A DNA stretch of 63,863 nucleotides, the filler included, from Folioceros fuciformis (Eukaryota), in assembly GCA_049999805.1 (NCBI GenBank). It is 21 parts of 21 records of this genome, joined end to end, with 100 filler letters (N's around TTAATTAATTAA, not from the genome) between each part and the next. Parts side by side here need not be neighbours in the genome. Positions count along the whole stretch, not along the records: positions 45,952 to 47,854 come from JBNGIO010000562.1; positions 47,955 to 50,142 come from JBNGIO010000563.1; positions 50,243 to 51,771 come from JBNGIO010000564.1; positions 51,872 to 54,777 come from JBNGIO010000565.1; positions 54,878 to 56,773 come from JBNGIO010000566.1; positions 56,874 to 58,081 come from JBNGIO010000567.1; positions 58,182 to 62,555 come from JBNGIO010000568.1; 14 more parts are not named here. The stretch is one strand, 5' to 3'. A program made the position numbers and the translations under genes. Within the stretch, counting starts at the first letter, position 1, and every line of letters starts with the position of its first letter. Below are positions 45,852 to 58,369 of the stretch, one piece after another. The notes under the pieces were generated by a model that searched no databases, was not told where the DNA came from, and was given only the letters and a program-made list of their open reading frames with translations.

Positions 45852-48800
45852 NNNNNNNNNNNNNNNNNNNNNNNNNNNNNNNNNNNNNNNNNNNNTTAAT
45901 TAATTAANNNNNNNNNNNNNNNNNNNNNNNNNNNNNNNNNNNNNNNNNNNNCACTGGATTAACCCTCTAACCCAGCAGCCTGCACACAAGGTCAAGGGTG
46001 CTCGCACCAAAAAAAACCCCTCCCTCAATGACAGGCCTAGCCTCTTATACCTCCTTGCCCAACTCCTTGCCCAAGAACCCTTGTCACTGCCTAACCAGGT
46101 CAGCATGCCTCAGACAGAACCCTCCACTCGTCAAAACCCTAAACCTAACTCCGACCTAAATCTAACCCTAATTCTGACCTAACCTGACTCTAACCTAACC
46201 TGACTCCGACTTGCGGCCCTGGTTGCTCTTATCAAAATTAATCAACCTCTCCAAACTTCCAAAACTCACGAGTGCCTCTCGACACCCTCTTCCCCTCTCC
46301 GATCCTCTCCTTTCCCTTAGATCATCTTCAATCCCTTAGAGACTCCACCTTCCTCTGGTCGTCTACTCCCCATCCTGCTGGCCAAGGACCCCATGACCTG
46401 GCATAGCTGCCCTTCTAGTATCCCTGACGAGGTAACCTTATGAACATGGCACCTAAGGTGGCATTTCCCAAATCCCTTGCCCCCATAATCATCATCAGCT
46501 CTATCTGCACCCACTCTCATGGAGGGCTGCACCCCCGACCATTGTCCAGGCCCCCGTGGCCTTCCTGCCCAGAGCCGACCTCGAGCTGCTTTCCATCCAC
46601 CTTGTAACCATCGTCTGGTAGCAGATGAGGCACACTCCCTCCACTGACTTCCCCTGTCTTCGCTTCCAATCCCGGCGGAAATGTTTCGGTGAGAACTTCT
46701 TATTTAGCGATGGAGACTGCCCACTTGACCTTTGCAGTTGCAACCCTTATCGCTATGCTCTCAATCCCATGAGCCTTTGCAAACCGCCGCTACAAAGGGC
46801 TCATCATTGAAATCAGAGCGCATATGCATGCCCAAAGGGACAGCCTTCCTGTTCCCATCTTTTCCAACTATGGGCTCCCAAAAACCAACTCTACCAATGC
46901 CATCAATGTAAGAAAACCCATCATGGAATAACCTAGTTCTTGCACAGTTTCTCCCATTGGGCCCAATCCTGTAGGTTGGGGTTTCCCTACCAACCAAACC
47001 AAGCAGCTTCGACAGGTCTTCCAGCACCTATGATCGCCTGGACAAAGAGCTGGCCACAACCACCCCACTCAAGAGGAATACGCACTGACGTACCCTGCAG
47101 TTCTTCTCACTATCTGATTCCACAGGAAGAGCAACATGGGAATCTCTAGCCCCCGCCACCTCGAGGTAGTGACCTACAACCCGTTTGTCCCCATCAATAT
47201 GAGAGTCGTCTTTTGCAATGTGAAGGTGCGAGGGCAGTGTGGACGTGTCAAGCAAGTTGCCCTTCTCCTTCTGCTTCGCTAGCTAGCCCCCTGCCAGCTT
47301 GCTTTCGGCTAGCCCACTGGCTGCCTGCGCCACTAGGGCGCCTGCCTGCCCCCTTGGATCTGGCAAGGCAGCCATCCCGCAGGGCTGCCTACTGCAGCCC
47401 CTAGCTAGCCCCCCTCGCAATCCTGGCTAGCCAGCCATGGCTGCCTAGATCCCGACGGCCTGCTTGCCGGCAGCCGGGTGTCCGTGCTGCTGGCCCAGCC
47501 ACCATTCAGGCCTCCTGCCCAGATGCAGCTCCGCCGCCCACTTGGATCCAGCCCGGATCCTGCCGAGGCCTGCCTGGCCTGGATCCGCTTGTAAGGCTGC
47601 CATCAGCCGGCTTGGGCTGGCCTACCGGCTAGGCCCTTCAACAGCCCGCCACTCCCCAGCAGCTGTGGCCAACTGCCCCAACAGCTGGCCTCCCTGCCAA
47701 CCTGCCGTCAGTCTAAGCCTCACTTGCTGGCCAGCACGGCCTGCCTGGCAATCCAGCCAGGTCGCCGCAATCCTCCCCCGGCCAAGCGGCTGTCTGGTTG
47801 CCCGGCCGGATCCACCTACCAGCCTGGCCGCACACCCCCTCTTAACCGATTCACNNNNNNNNNNNNNNNNNNNNNNNNNNNNNNNNNNNNNNNNNNNNTT
47901 AATTAATTAANNNNNNNNNNNNNNNNNNNNNNNNNNNNNNNNNNNNNNNNNNNNCCGCTTACTTGCCTGGATTTCGTAGGCAACCCGCTTGAGACCCTAC
48001 CGTTGATTAGCTGTCCACCTAGTCAGGCCTCCTACACCTCGCTTGGCCAGTCTCCAGCGGCGCACGCCCTACCTGATCCGTTCCGGCCTGCTGGATCTAG
48101 CCCGCAGCCTGCCTGGGTCTGCTCCTAGCAACGCCTACCTGCAGCCCGGCTTGCCGATCCGAACAGGCTCCCTACTGCCAGCCGTCAGCCTTATCCACGC
48201 CGGCCAGGATTCAGCCCCGATCCGCTACCGTAAGCCCGGCTAGCCAATCATCCAGGCTTCCCGGATTCGCCAGCAACCAGCCTGCTCATCGACAAGCCAG
48301 GCTGCCTGCTATGCAGGGCTGTCGGACTGCCCACCTGCAGCCCGATCGGCTGGCTGGCCGCTGATGGCCGGCTCAGCCTCTGCTGCCTGGCTCAGGTCCA
48401 CCCTGGCCAGCTCCTGCAAGTCGGGCAGCCTACCTGCTCGCAGCCCGACATGGCCAGCCGTCATGCTTGATCCGCTCCGGCCTACCACAACCCGCTGGAG
48501 CGGCCTGCCCCCAACTGGGGCCTCCCCTGCTAGCCAGGCCCTCGCTTGGCTCTAGGATCGGCCAGCCATCACGGCCAGATCCAGCGCCGCCCCTGGCTAA
48601 CCCACCTAGGACTGTCTGTCGATCTGGCCTCCTGGCCGGCTAGATCTGCCAGCCCACCCTCCTGCCAGGCTATTGCCGGCCGCTTGCCCAGAGGCCGCAA
48701 CCTGGGGCCGCAACCTGGCTCCTGCCTTCTGAATCCGGCCAGATCTAGGCCACCGCCCTATCCCGCCGGTCTGATAATTTGGCCACCTGTGCACTAGTGA

Positions 48801-49551
<751 letters not shown>

Positions 49552-49556
49552 GGTTT

Positions 49557-50142
49557 GAGGTGGGGGGATGTCGACTGATAGGAATAGTAGATTCTGTTAT
49601 AGCTTGTGATGTTAGTGGTTACTAATATTATATGGCTTATGGCAAGTCTCAAGGGTTTGTGGACTAGAATGTAGTAATATAATAGTATAGCGGTCTCTCC
49701 TAGGGTATATAAAGGGCCTCCTCTAAGGTTGGAGTTAGTCTTGGTGTGAGTCCCTTGTGGGTCTTGTTGTTGAGCCTCTTGTGAGTCTCTGTTGTTGTCT
49801 ATGTGTTCTTGCTCTTCTGTTATAAAGCCTTTTTTTATGTTTATGTCTGTGTTGTTGTCTATGTGTTCTTGCTCTTTTGTTATAAAGCCTTGTTTATGTT
49901 TATGTCTCTATTGTTATCTATGTGTTCTTGCTCTTCTGGTATAAAGCCTTCTTTATGTTTATGTCTCTGTTGTTGTCTATGTGTTCTTGCTCTTCTGTTA
50001 TAAAGCCTTCTTTATGTTTATGTCTCTGTTGTTGTTTATGTGTTCTTGCTCTTCTGTTATAAAGCCTTCTTTATGTTTATGTCTCTGTTGTTGTCTATGT
50101 GTTCTTGCTCTTCTGTTATAAAGCCTTCTTTATGTTTATGTC
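49557..50142 (+). mobile_element. PPT and 3' LTR (from 49569) containing a TATA box and a 59-bp tandem array
   Basis: GAGGTGGGGGGA-TGTCGAC; TATATAAA at ~49706; 59-bp unit about 6 times from 49787 to the contig end. Confidence 0.7.
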
Positions 50143-50242
50143 NNNNNNNNNNNNNNNNNNNNNNNNNNNNNNNNNNNNNNNNNNNNTTAATTAATTAANN
50201 NNNNNNNNNNNNNNNNNNNNNNNNNNNNNNNNNNNNNNNNNN

Positions 50243-50584
50243 ACGTGATGCTGGTTGGAATGCCGGAATAAAGATTGAGGAAAGCTGGTTTAGAAAAGGT
50301 CTTAGAAAATCCTCCTCTGCCACCATAACCACAATTTGATATGTTTCTCGGCATTGCAACCTACAGCATCATCAGCAGCATTCTCTGCTCTGATACCATA
50401 AGAAAAATAAGGAATGCTAGAAACATGTCAAGGCAGCTTGACATCGTGTGTGCAATAGCTAGCAAGCAATAAGGAATAACAAAATAATGAATTGGATAAA
50501 CGTCAATGAACATAGAGTTGTTTATATAGTTTAAACCTAATACGCCTAGGTTAACATTAATATACTTAACACATATTTTTCATA
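50243..50584 (-). mobile_element. Second copy of the 186-bp TA..TA LTR (50584-50399) with PBS (50398-50387)
   Basis: Near-identical to 24782-25123; inserted into a plus-strand copia pol. Confidence 0.9.
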
Positions 50585-51771
50585 TTTTTGTTTTGAAAGT
50601 AGTACGTGCTACATGTATTCCCTTACCTGTCCAAAGGAAATTCTAGCTAAGGTTGTCTTAGTACACGATCTTTATCAACTGGTCCAGGTGTCTCAGTCAC
50701 GCACCAGAGTCCTTCTTGCTTCGTCCAATGACAAGGCTAACCTGTGGCATGCAAGGTTGGGCCATGTGAACAAGTCGAAGTTGGATTTAATGTCAAACTC
50801 CACCTTCTACAGAGAGAAGCTCCCCAGCTGTTTCAAGCATCTATTAGCCTGCACCTCCTGCATACTGTCTAAACAAAAAGAATTGCCTTTCAAGAATAAA
50901 CAACCTACCAGGGCAACTGTTGTCCTTGAACTTGTGTACGCTGATATTGCTAGAAAGCTGCCTGTGAAGTCTCTTCGTGGAGCAGAGTACTATCTATCAC
51001 TGACTGACAATTTTTCTCGTTATACTTGGACCTTCCCTATCAAGTTGAAGAGTGATGTGTTCGAACACATCTCCTCCTAGATCCTCATGGTCTAGAGACA
51101 GACTGGACGTCTTGTCAGATGCTTCCGGACTGATAATGGAGGGGAGTTCATTGGCCATCGGTTTGATGATCTTTTTCAAGCATATGGTATTCTTCGCCAA
51201 TTGTCAGTGCCCTATATACAACAACAGAACGGTGTTGCTGAGCCCAAAATCAAACTTTGATTGGCATGACTCGCAGCATGATCCCATGCGCTAACTTACC
51301 CAAATCATTCTAGGCAGAAGCTATGGTGACAGCTACTTACATTTTGAATCGACTTGTTACTTCAGCTCTGCTTGGTCGCACCCCTTATGAAGCTTTCTGG
51401 GGTCGCAAGCCTAGCCTGCTGCATTTGAGAGTCTTTGGGTCACCCGCCTTTGCTTTTGTCCCTGAAGCCAAGAGGGGGACATTAGATGATAGGTCTCGAC
51501 CCTCCATCTTTGTTGGCTATTCAGAGGAATCCAAAGCCTATAAGCTGTATGACCCTCAGACTTCCAAGATTACACTAGCATGTAGTGTTACCTTCAAGGA
51601 ATTTTTGACTCCTCAAACAGATTCCTTGTCTACCACTCTTGAGAGTACACCTACTCATACAGAGTCCACATAAGAATACCCACAGTCAGATGGAGATGTT
51701 CCTACTCTGTTAGACCATGTAGCAGTTGATGCTTTCTTACAACCACAAAATGATCAGCCTGACCCGCCTTT
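50585..51771 (+). mobile_element. Ty1/copia GAG-pre-integrase and integrase remnant
   Basis: LWHARLGHVN..CTSCILSKQ, LELVYADI, LTDNFSRYTW, FRTDNGGEF, QQNGVAE, HLRVFGSPAF. Confidence 0.93.
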
Positions 51772-52106
51772 NNNNNNNNNNNNNNNNNNNNNNNNNNNNN
51801 NNNNNNNNNNNNNNNTTAATTAATTAANNNNNNNNNNNNNNNNNNNNNNNNNNNNNNNNNNNNNNNNNNNNGAAGAACACCACTCTTGTGACCAGAAAAG
51901 AGTAAGCTTTCTGCAACAACTTACAACTCCTAGTGACAAAACAGAAATGGATAGCCCCACCAAATGAGCAACCTAAATCGTACCACTTTTTTGAGAAAGC
52001 CAAATAATCATATTCATCACCGATTGCCAACAATTCCATTCAGCTGCTTTAGGATTGTAACCCTTTGGAAGCGTAAGTAGAACTCCCTCTGCAGCAAAGA
52101 TAATCT

Positions 52107-53951
52107 GCATGCTCAGTGGGTTGTCAAGGCAACTGATCCGACGTACTATCCTTGGAAGAGCCTTCTATCACAGCATATGGACTGCACCCAAGCTGTCCCC
52201 AGGGGAAGGAGATCTATTGACAACATTCTGGCTGACAAACCAATACTCAATACTGCATAATGCTCCCCACTCTTCAAGTCCATCTGGAGCAGTTACTTGG
52301 AGGTTAAACAATATCTTATCCCAGGTGACTTTTCTTGTGCGGATGATGTTTTTGATATTCCTTTGCAGGGGTTCTCGAGGTTGTGGGTGCAGGTGTTCAG
52401 GCCAAGGGTATATCAGTCACAATTTAGGTTGGCTTGTCGGAGAGGTGTTATCCAACTTGGTCATTTATGGAATAGATCAGAGGCTGGTTGGAAGGAGATA
52501 GAGGAGGTCAAAGGGGAGTTTGGCTTAGGGGCCCGGCATGTCAGACTCATTTTCTTGTGGTTGCACGAGGGGCTTGACAATAAGGTGCATCAGTTCTTAA
52601 GGCAACAGCCTACCATAGGAGGTGAAGGGTGGTATGCATTCTCCATGGATAGTAGGGGAGTCAACTCAAAGGAGGAGGATGATCAGGTGGAGGCATTAGA
52701 ACTAGATAGTGCGATCTGGCTTGGAAGTTCGAAGGGCAAAGAGACGCTAAAGTCTTTCAAGGTCATGTCGCCTGATGGATTTTTGGAAGACCAGGGCAGG
52801 GATGATGAGGAAGCCCGAGGAGGAGAACTGCGGGCTATCATTGTCCTCGTTACGTCCGCTTAGGCAGGGCGATGGTGCACCCCAGGCGAACGCCCAATTG
52901 GGCCACATACCTCCGATAAAGCAAAGGTTCAGTGTTGGTTCCGACTAGGAGAGAATTGGGCCCTGACCTTCAGACCAGATCTCTACAAGTGGCCTAGGCG
53001 TCGAGGGTGCAAGAAGGCTACCCCTTGTTCTTTCTTCAACTTCCCAACGGCGAACTTGTTCCTTTGGTTGGTGCAAGCACAGAAAATCAAACAAAGACAA
53101 CCGATGGCTCTCTGATTGCAATTAGTTAGACGGCGACAAAGGGAAGCCATCAAGCTTCTATGGAAATCCGCAGGAATCCCCCCCAAGGTCAAGTTTACGG
53201 TATGGTGTTTTTTTCAAGCGTGTTTGCCTAACGCGGATCGTTGGGATGGGCTTTTAGCTGTAATGGGGAAGGATGTGTGTTGGTTGTGCACCGATGGGGC
53301 CCCGAACAAGAGCCAACACATGTTCTATCATTGCAGCTTTGCCCAAGAGATCTGGATGGAGGTAGGCAGATGGCTTCGCTTGATTTTTCCTGGTGCTAAC
53401 CTCAAGATCACGACACAATCAGCCTTTTTTGGGCTAGACGCAACCTCGGGCAAACCTCTCCTGAAAACACAATGGTGGGGCTTACTGTGGTCTTCCTGCC
53501 TTTTTCATCTCTGGGTCAACTGGTCCGCGGTGGTCTATGGAGGACAAGAATCAGCTTCATCGTAAGCTTTGTTGTGGCGCATATGGGAGCATTCGTTGAT
53601 TGCAACAGAAGCTTTGGAGCAATCCCGTCAGAAACAGTTTAAGCGGAAAGACTGGAGGAGGGCGGGATTCCTAGCGCCTGGGAAAGATACACGTTGGAAT
53701 CATTCGTGCCCCTGGGGACGGTGAGCCTTAAGGTCCTTGGGGACCTCAAGGTGGGAGTTTAAGTGGCTTTGGTAGTTCGCGGGTACCATAGTGTAGGGGA
53801 GCGCTCTCTGAGCGCCTTGTCTTGAGTTTTGGACTCAAGGCCAGTTCTCCCCCTCTCTTCTAGTGCTTAATTTTTGTACATACGTTAGCAGGATTCTCCC
53901 CTTGTAGTGGGAGGCATCTGCCAATTATAATCTGAATTTTTTTCGCGAAAA
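52107..53951 (+). mobile_element. 5'-truncated L1-clade LINE (post-RT region, zf-RVT, 3' UTR, short poly-A) with TSD
   Basis: AQWVVKA..PWKSLL..SIWSSY; IPPKVKFTVW..LPNADR..CWLC..QHMFYHCSFAQEIW..LW. TSD AAAGATAATCT at 52096-52106 and 53952-53962. Confidence 0.85.
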
Positions 53952-54529
53952 AAAGATAATCTCCATGTCTTCAGAGGTAGTGAAGTCGGCTTGAACTCCT
54001 TTTTTTCCTATTTCATAAGTGCCTTGGGAATGCCATGTACCGCACCAACGTAATGGGGCAACATGATTCTGATAGCAAGTTCACCGGTAATCCTCACCAT
54101 GGCTTGTTCATCTTCCCCCTCTTGAGCGTAAACTATGAACATTGGAATCGCTTTAGGTGAAGAGGCCAATTATAAAGAGCAATGCAACTAGCTTCTAGAA
54201 CATGGAAGTGTGAGAAGTGCATCGCCATGGTACGATCTCCCTCTAAATGGACCATCTATGAAGATCAATGCCACTAGATTAGTGAGGCAACAAATGTAAG
54301 AACAGATCTGCCCATGAAATGTACAAGGCATAGCGCGGACGGCCACATGCAAGATTGGGTAGAGAAGACAATCTCCATGGCCGAAATCAAGCGGAACGTG
54401 TCATCTTGCAAGACTTGTCGTACGAGGACGATATCTTTCGCCATGATGTGAACATGTGTCTATGGCTACAGTTGTGCACTAACGCCGCAAAAGCAATTAG
54501 CCACAGATCCTGTAGATAGAAACCACCAA

Positions 54530-54777
54530 ACACACAGTTAGAGCACAAGGTCGGGCTGATCTAGGTACTGGGTCTTGGCCTTGGAGAGGACGGCAGCATT
54601 CTCCATCCTTGGCTCCTGGCGGGCCTCACCAGCCTGTTTTTTCCGACACTCTCTCTCCCAATGGCAAGGTATCTGGCACCAATGACATGTCCCCTCTCGC
54701 TTAGGAGACTTGGAAGAACCCGAAGATCTGTGAGAGCTCCTGTTCTTATTCTGTTGTGACCTACCGTTGGTCACGAA
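54530..54777 (-). mobile_element. Ty1/copia gag zinc-knuckle fragment (same lineage as 21207 and 56874)
   Basis: GTCHWCQIPCHWERECRKKQAGE. Confidence 0.8.
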
Positions 54778-54877
54778 NNNNNNNNNNNNNNNNNNNNNNN
54801 NNNNNNNNNNNNNNNNNNNNNTTAATTAATTAANNNNNNNNNNNNNNNNNNNNNNNNNNNNNNNNNNNNNNNNNNNN

Positions 54878-56194
54878 GATGCGGATCATTCGTTGTATGT
54901 GTGCAGAAGTACAAAAGGACTGGTCTTTGTGATCATTTATGTGGATGATCTAATCATTGGAGGTAATCAGTTGGATCAAGTGGAGCAGATCAAGGAACTT
55001 CTGCAACAAGAGTTCAACATGACGGACCTAAGTGAACTGAAATTCTTCTTGGGCATTGAAATTATACAAACCAACACAGGCATTTGGCTGTCACAGCGGA
55101 AGTATGTGTCGGATGTACTAACTAAGTATGGTATGGTTGAGTGCAAGCCAATCTCGATTCCTTTGGATCAAAAATCTGAAGCTCAGTGCTAATGATGGTG
55201 AAGCACTTGAAGATCCAATAGTGTACAGGAAGATTGTGGGTAGCTTGATATATCTCACTCTTTCCAGACCAGATTTAAACTATACAATGGGACTGCAGAG
55301 TCAGTTTATGCAGGTGCCAAGAAAGCCATAAGGATGTGGATGCAATAAGGCGAACGTTGCGCTATGTGAAGGCAACTATGGATCATGCTCTCTTTTATGC
55401 TACAGATTCAAAAATAAACTTGTGTGGGTACACATATGTAGATTGGGCAGGCAGTGTTACGGATCGTAGATCTACAAGTGGATTTATATTTTCACTTGGG
55501 AGTGCAGCAATAACATGGAGTAGCAAGAAGCAGCCTACAGTGGCTTTGTCTAGTACAGAAGCAGAATACAGAGCCGTAGCAATGGCAGCGTGTGAAGTGA
55601 CTTGGATTTGTAAGTTACTCCGAGATTTTGGATTGCAGGTCAACGACAAGGTTGTTATCTACTGTGACAAGCTTAGCAGCATACAGTTGGCGCAAAACCC
55701 AGTGTTTCATGCGAGGATGAAACACATTGAGGTCTATTATCATTTTCTTCGAGAAAGGATTTTATCTGGAGCTATTGATCTTGTGTATGTCAACACAGAC
55801 GAGCAGATAGCCGATATATTTACTAAGCTAATGGGAGCAGAGAAGGTGAAGAAATTCCGAGCTATGTTAGGCATACAGATGCTATGTTGAGCCCGAGGGG
55901 GAGTGTTGAGTTATCGAGCTCTATATAAGTTAAACTCATGTGGTGTTAGTTATCCCGGTTGGGTTCATACTAAACTAGTTCTAGTTATCAATGAACTTAG
56001 GATAGTGTAGATTATCCCATATTGAACTTGGAAGTTGTGTAGCCCTAAATGTACTACTTAAATGGAGACCTCGGACCTCCATAGTAAGATAGTGGTGATG
56101 TGTATTGTTTTTGGTTGTGACCACCAATACCACCCTCTCTTCTCTCCTCTCCTCTCCTACACTTGCACATAGACTGGAGTCGATCCTATTGACA
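54878..56194 (+). mobile_element. Ty1/copia RT-RNase H (to 55890), PPT (55895-55903) and 3' LTR (55904 to ~56194)
   Basis: IYVDDLII, RPDLNY, DWAGSVTDRRSTSG, SSTEAEYRA, HARMKHIEV, ADIFTK; GAGGGGGAG-TGTTGA...TTGACA. Confidence 0.92.
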
Positions 56195-56873
56195 CCTCTC
56201 GCCATCCTCCCTAGCAGCAGCACCTCTCGCCATCCTCCCTAGCAGCAGCGCCTGACTCAGGACTTGCCAGAGTGTTCGCGTGATGTGTGTTGCCGGGCAG
56301 CAAGACAGAGCAGGAGTAGGATGGGGGTCTGGAATGGGTGGAAGTGGTTCTATGTGTTTCGGAAAACTCGAGGTGGACTGTACCAGCCCCATAAAATGTG
56401 CAAACCCCACCTTGAGAGATAATGTGGTGTACGCATCCGAGGAGGACTTATTCTCCACCCCTTGTGGTATCATATTTGCCAAGTGATCAGGAGCTCAGGA
56501 AGGCGAAAGGTACAATAAGGAGGAAAGGCAGACTTTTTACGATCAACTTAACGGTTATGAGAAAGGTTCAGGACTTTTATTCTTCTCTAGTGGTGATAGG
56601 AGATGGGGGGGAACAGCTACCCCTTAGCATCACACTGCATCAACTAGTTGTATGCAGGGCAGGAAAAGATTTTTGACTTCTCTGCCGGAGGGGTTCTTAT
56701 AGGCAAGGAGGGTAAGGAAGTGGAATCTTTCAGTGGGATATACCAAAAGGAAGGTCAATTTTTTGCTGACATCNNNNNNNNNNNNNNNNNNNNNNNNNNN
56801 NNNNNNNNNNNNNNNNNTTAATTAATTAANNNNNNNNNNNNNNNNNNNNNNNNNNNNNNNNNNNNNNNNNNNN

Positions 56874-58081
56874 AATAGCCTTCGCTATTTTACTTTCAGG
56901 TCTAGATGAAACAACTGTGACAGAGGTGGAGTCATTACCTATAGCAGCTGATGTGTGGAAGCAACTTCAAGAAACATACCAGGTGCAGAACATTCTCAAC
57001 CTTGTGCATGCAAGGAATGAGTTCTATGGCCTGAAGCTGCGGGATGGAGAACCAATGGGACCACACATTGTGAAGTTTTGCCATTTGCGTTCTCAACTCG
57101 CGGCGATTGGTTGCACTATGACCGAAGAGGATGCAGTTGCTCAATTGCTTTCCAGCTTACTAGCTTCTTATCAGAACTTCGTGTCAAGTCAAAATACCTC
57201 GATTCGAGCGTCTTATCAAGCTATGAGTGCTGGTAAACCTTCCCTTATAACGTTAAATGACTTGATTGGGGCTCTCCTGCAAGAGGAATAGAGTCGCCAT
57301 AAGTCAGGACCTTCGTCTCGCCTCCGGGGAGAGAAGGTGTTGTACGTTGCAAAAGGAAAAGGACCAGGACAGTTCAATAAGAGTAAGAAAGGGGGAAGCT
57401 CATCTGTCCCATCTTCTTCTCTTCCTATTAAGCGCTAGGGTAACTGCAATTGGTGTCAAATTCCTGGGCATTGGGAGCGAGATTGTAGGAAGAAAAAGGC
57501 AGGTGAACCTAAGAAGGAGGCTCATCTGACGGCACATGTGAGTACTAAGGGAGCACCTTCTGGACAACAGCAACATAAAAGCAGCAATCCTATGTTGACT
57601 GTGTGTCTCACCTCAAGCAAGGAGAATTCATCTATGTGGTTTGTGGATTTCGGATCTACTTCACATATTTGCAACAACGGGAAGTTGTTTTCTAAGTTCA
57701 GCTATCAATCACCTTTGCATATTGTTTATGTGGGTGATTCTAGAGGACTGGAAGTGGAGGGTAGTGGTCAGGCTAGCATACCTCTGCTAGATGGCACTAG
57801 TTTGCAGCTCTTTGATGTACTGTATGTTCCCTCCATGAGCAAAAATCTTCTCGCTGTTAGAGCAGTCACTTCTGTTGGTGATTTTGGCTTTAGCTTTGAG
57901 CATAGGCAGTGTTACATTTATAGATTACATTTGCCATGGGATTATGTTGCTAAAGCCACTTTGGTTGATGATTTGTACCAGCTAGATTCATCTACTCCTT
58001 CTTCGCTAAGTGCCCAAGCTTTAGTAGCTTCTTCTCTTCAAGCTAGTCTGTGGCATGCACGCTTAGGTCATGTTAATAAGG
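56874..58081 (+). mobile_element. Ty1/copia gag, knuckle, protease and pre-integrase remnant
   Basis: VWKQLQETY..EFYGLKLRDGE, GNCNWCQIPGHWERDCRKK, WFVDFGSTSHIC, VLYVPSMSKNLL, LWHARLGHVN. Confidence 0.93.
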
Positions 58082-58369
58082 NNNNNNNNNNNNNNNNNNN
58101 NNNNNNNNNNNNNNNNNNNNNNNNNTTAATTAATTAANNNNNNNNNNNNNNNNNNNNNNNNNNNNNNNNNNNNNNNNNNNNGTTTACTGTTGGTCTTTCT
58201 ACGGCATTCTATTTTGTTCACTTGTGGCACCTCATTCTTCCACGCCAGCCAAGGATACCCCGTGTCCTGTATGCAACAGTTTGTTCAAAGGGGTGATGGA
58301 GTCAAGTGTCACTTGGTTAAAGTACACAAAGACTTTGATTGGACTCTTTGGGAGCCACATGTCGGGGGT

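Noticed and set aside
46300-47255. Possible LINE ORF1 or other coding relic
   Set aside because: No frame gave a recognisable motif.
47213-48797. Pro/Ala/Ser-rich ORFs
   Set aside because: By-product of GC-rich cryptic repeats.
52107-52290. 5' inversion (twin priming) of the L1
   Set aside because: The plus frame reads colinear L1 ORF2 (AQWVVKA..PWKSLL..SIW), so it is a simple truncation.
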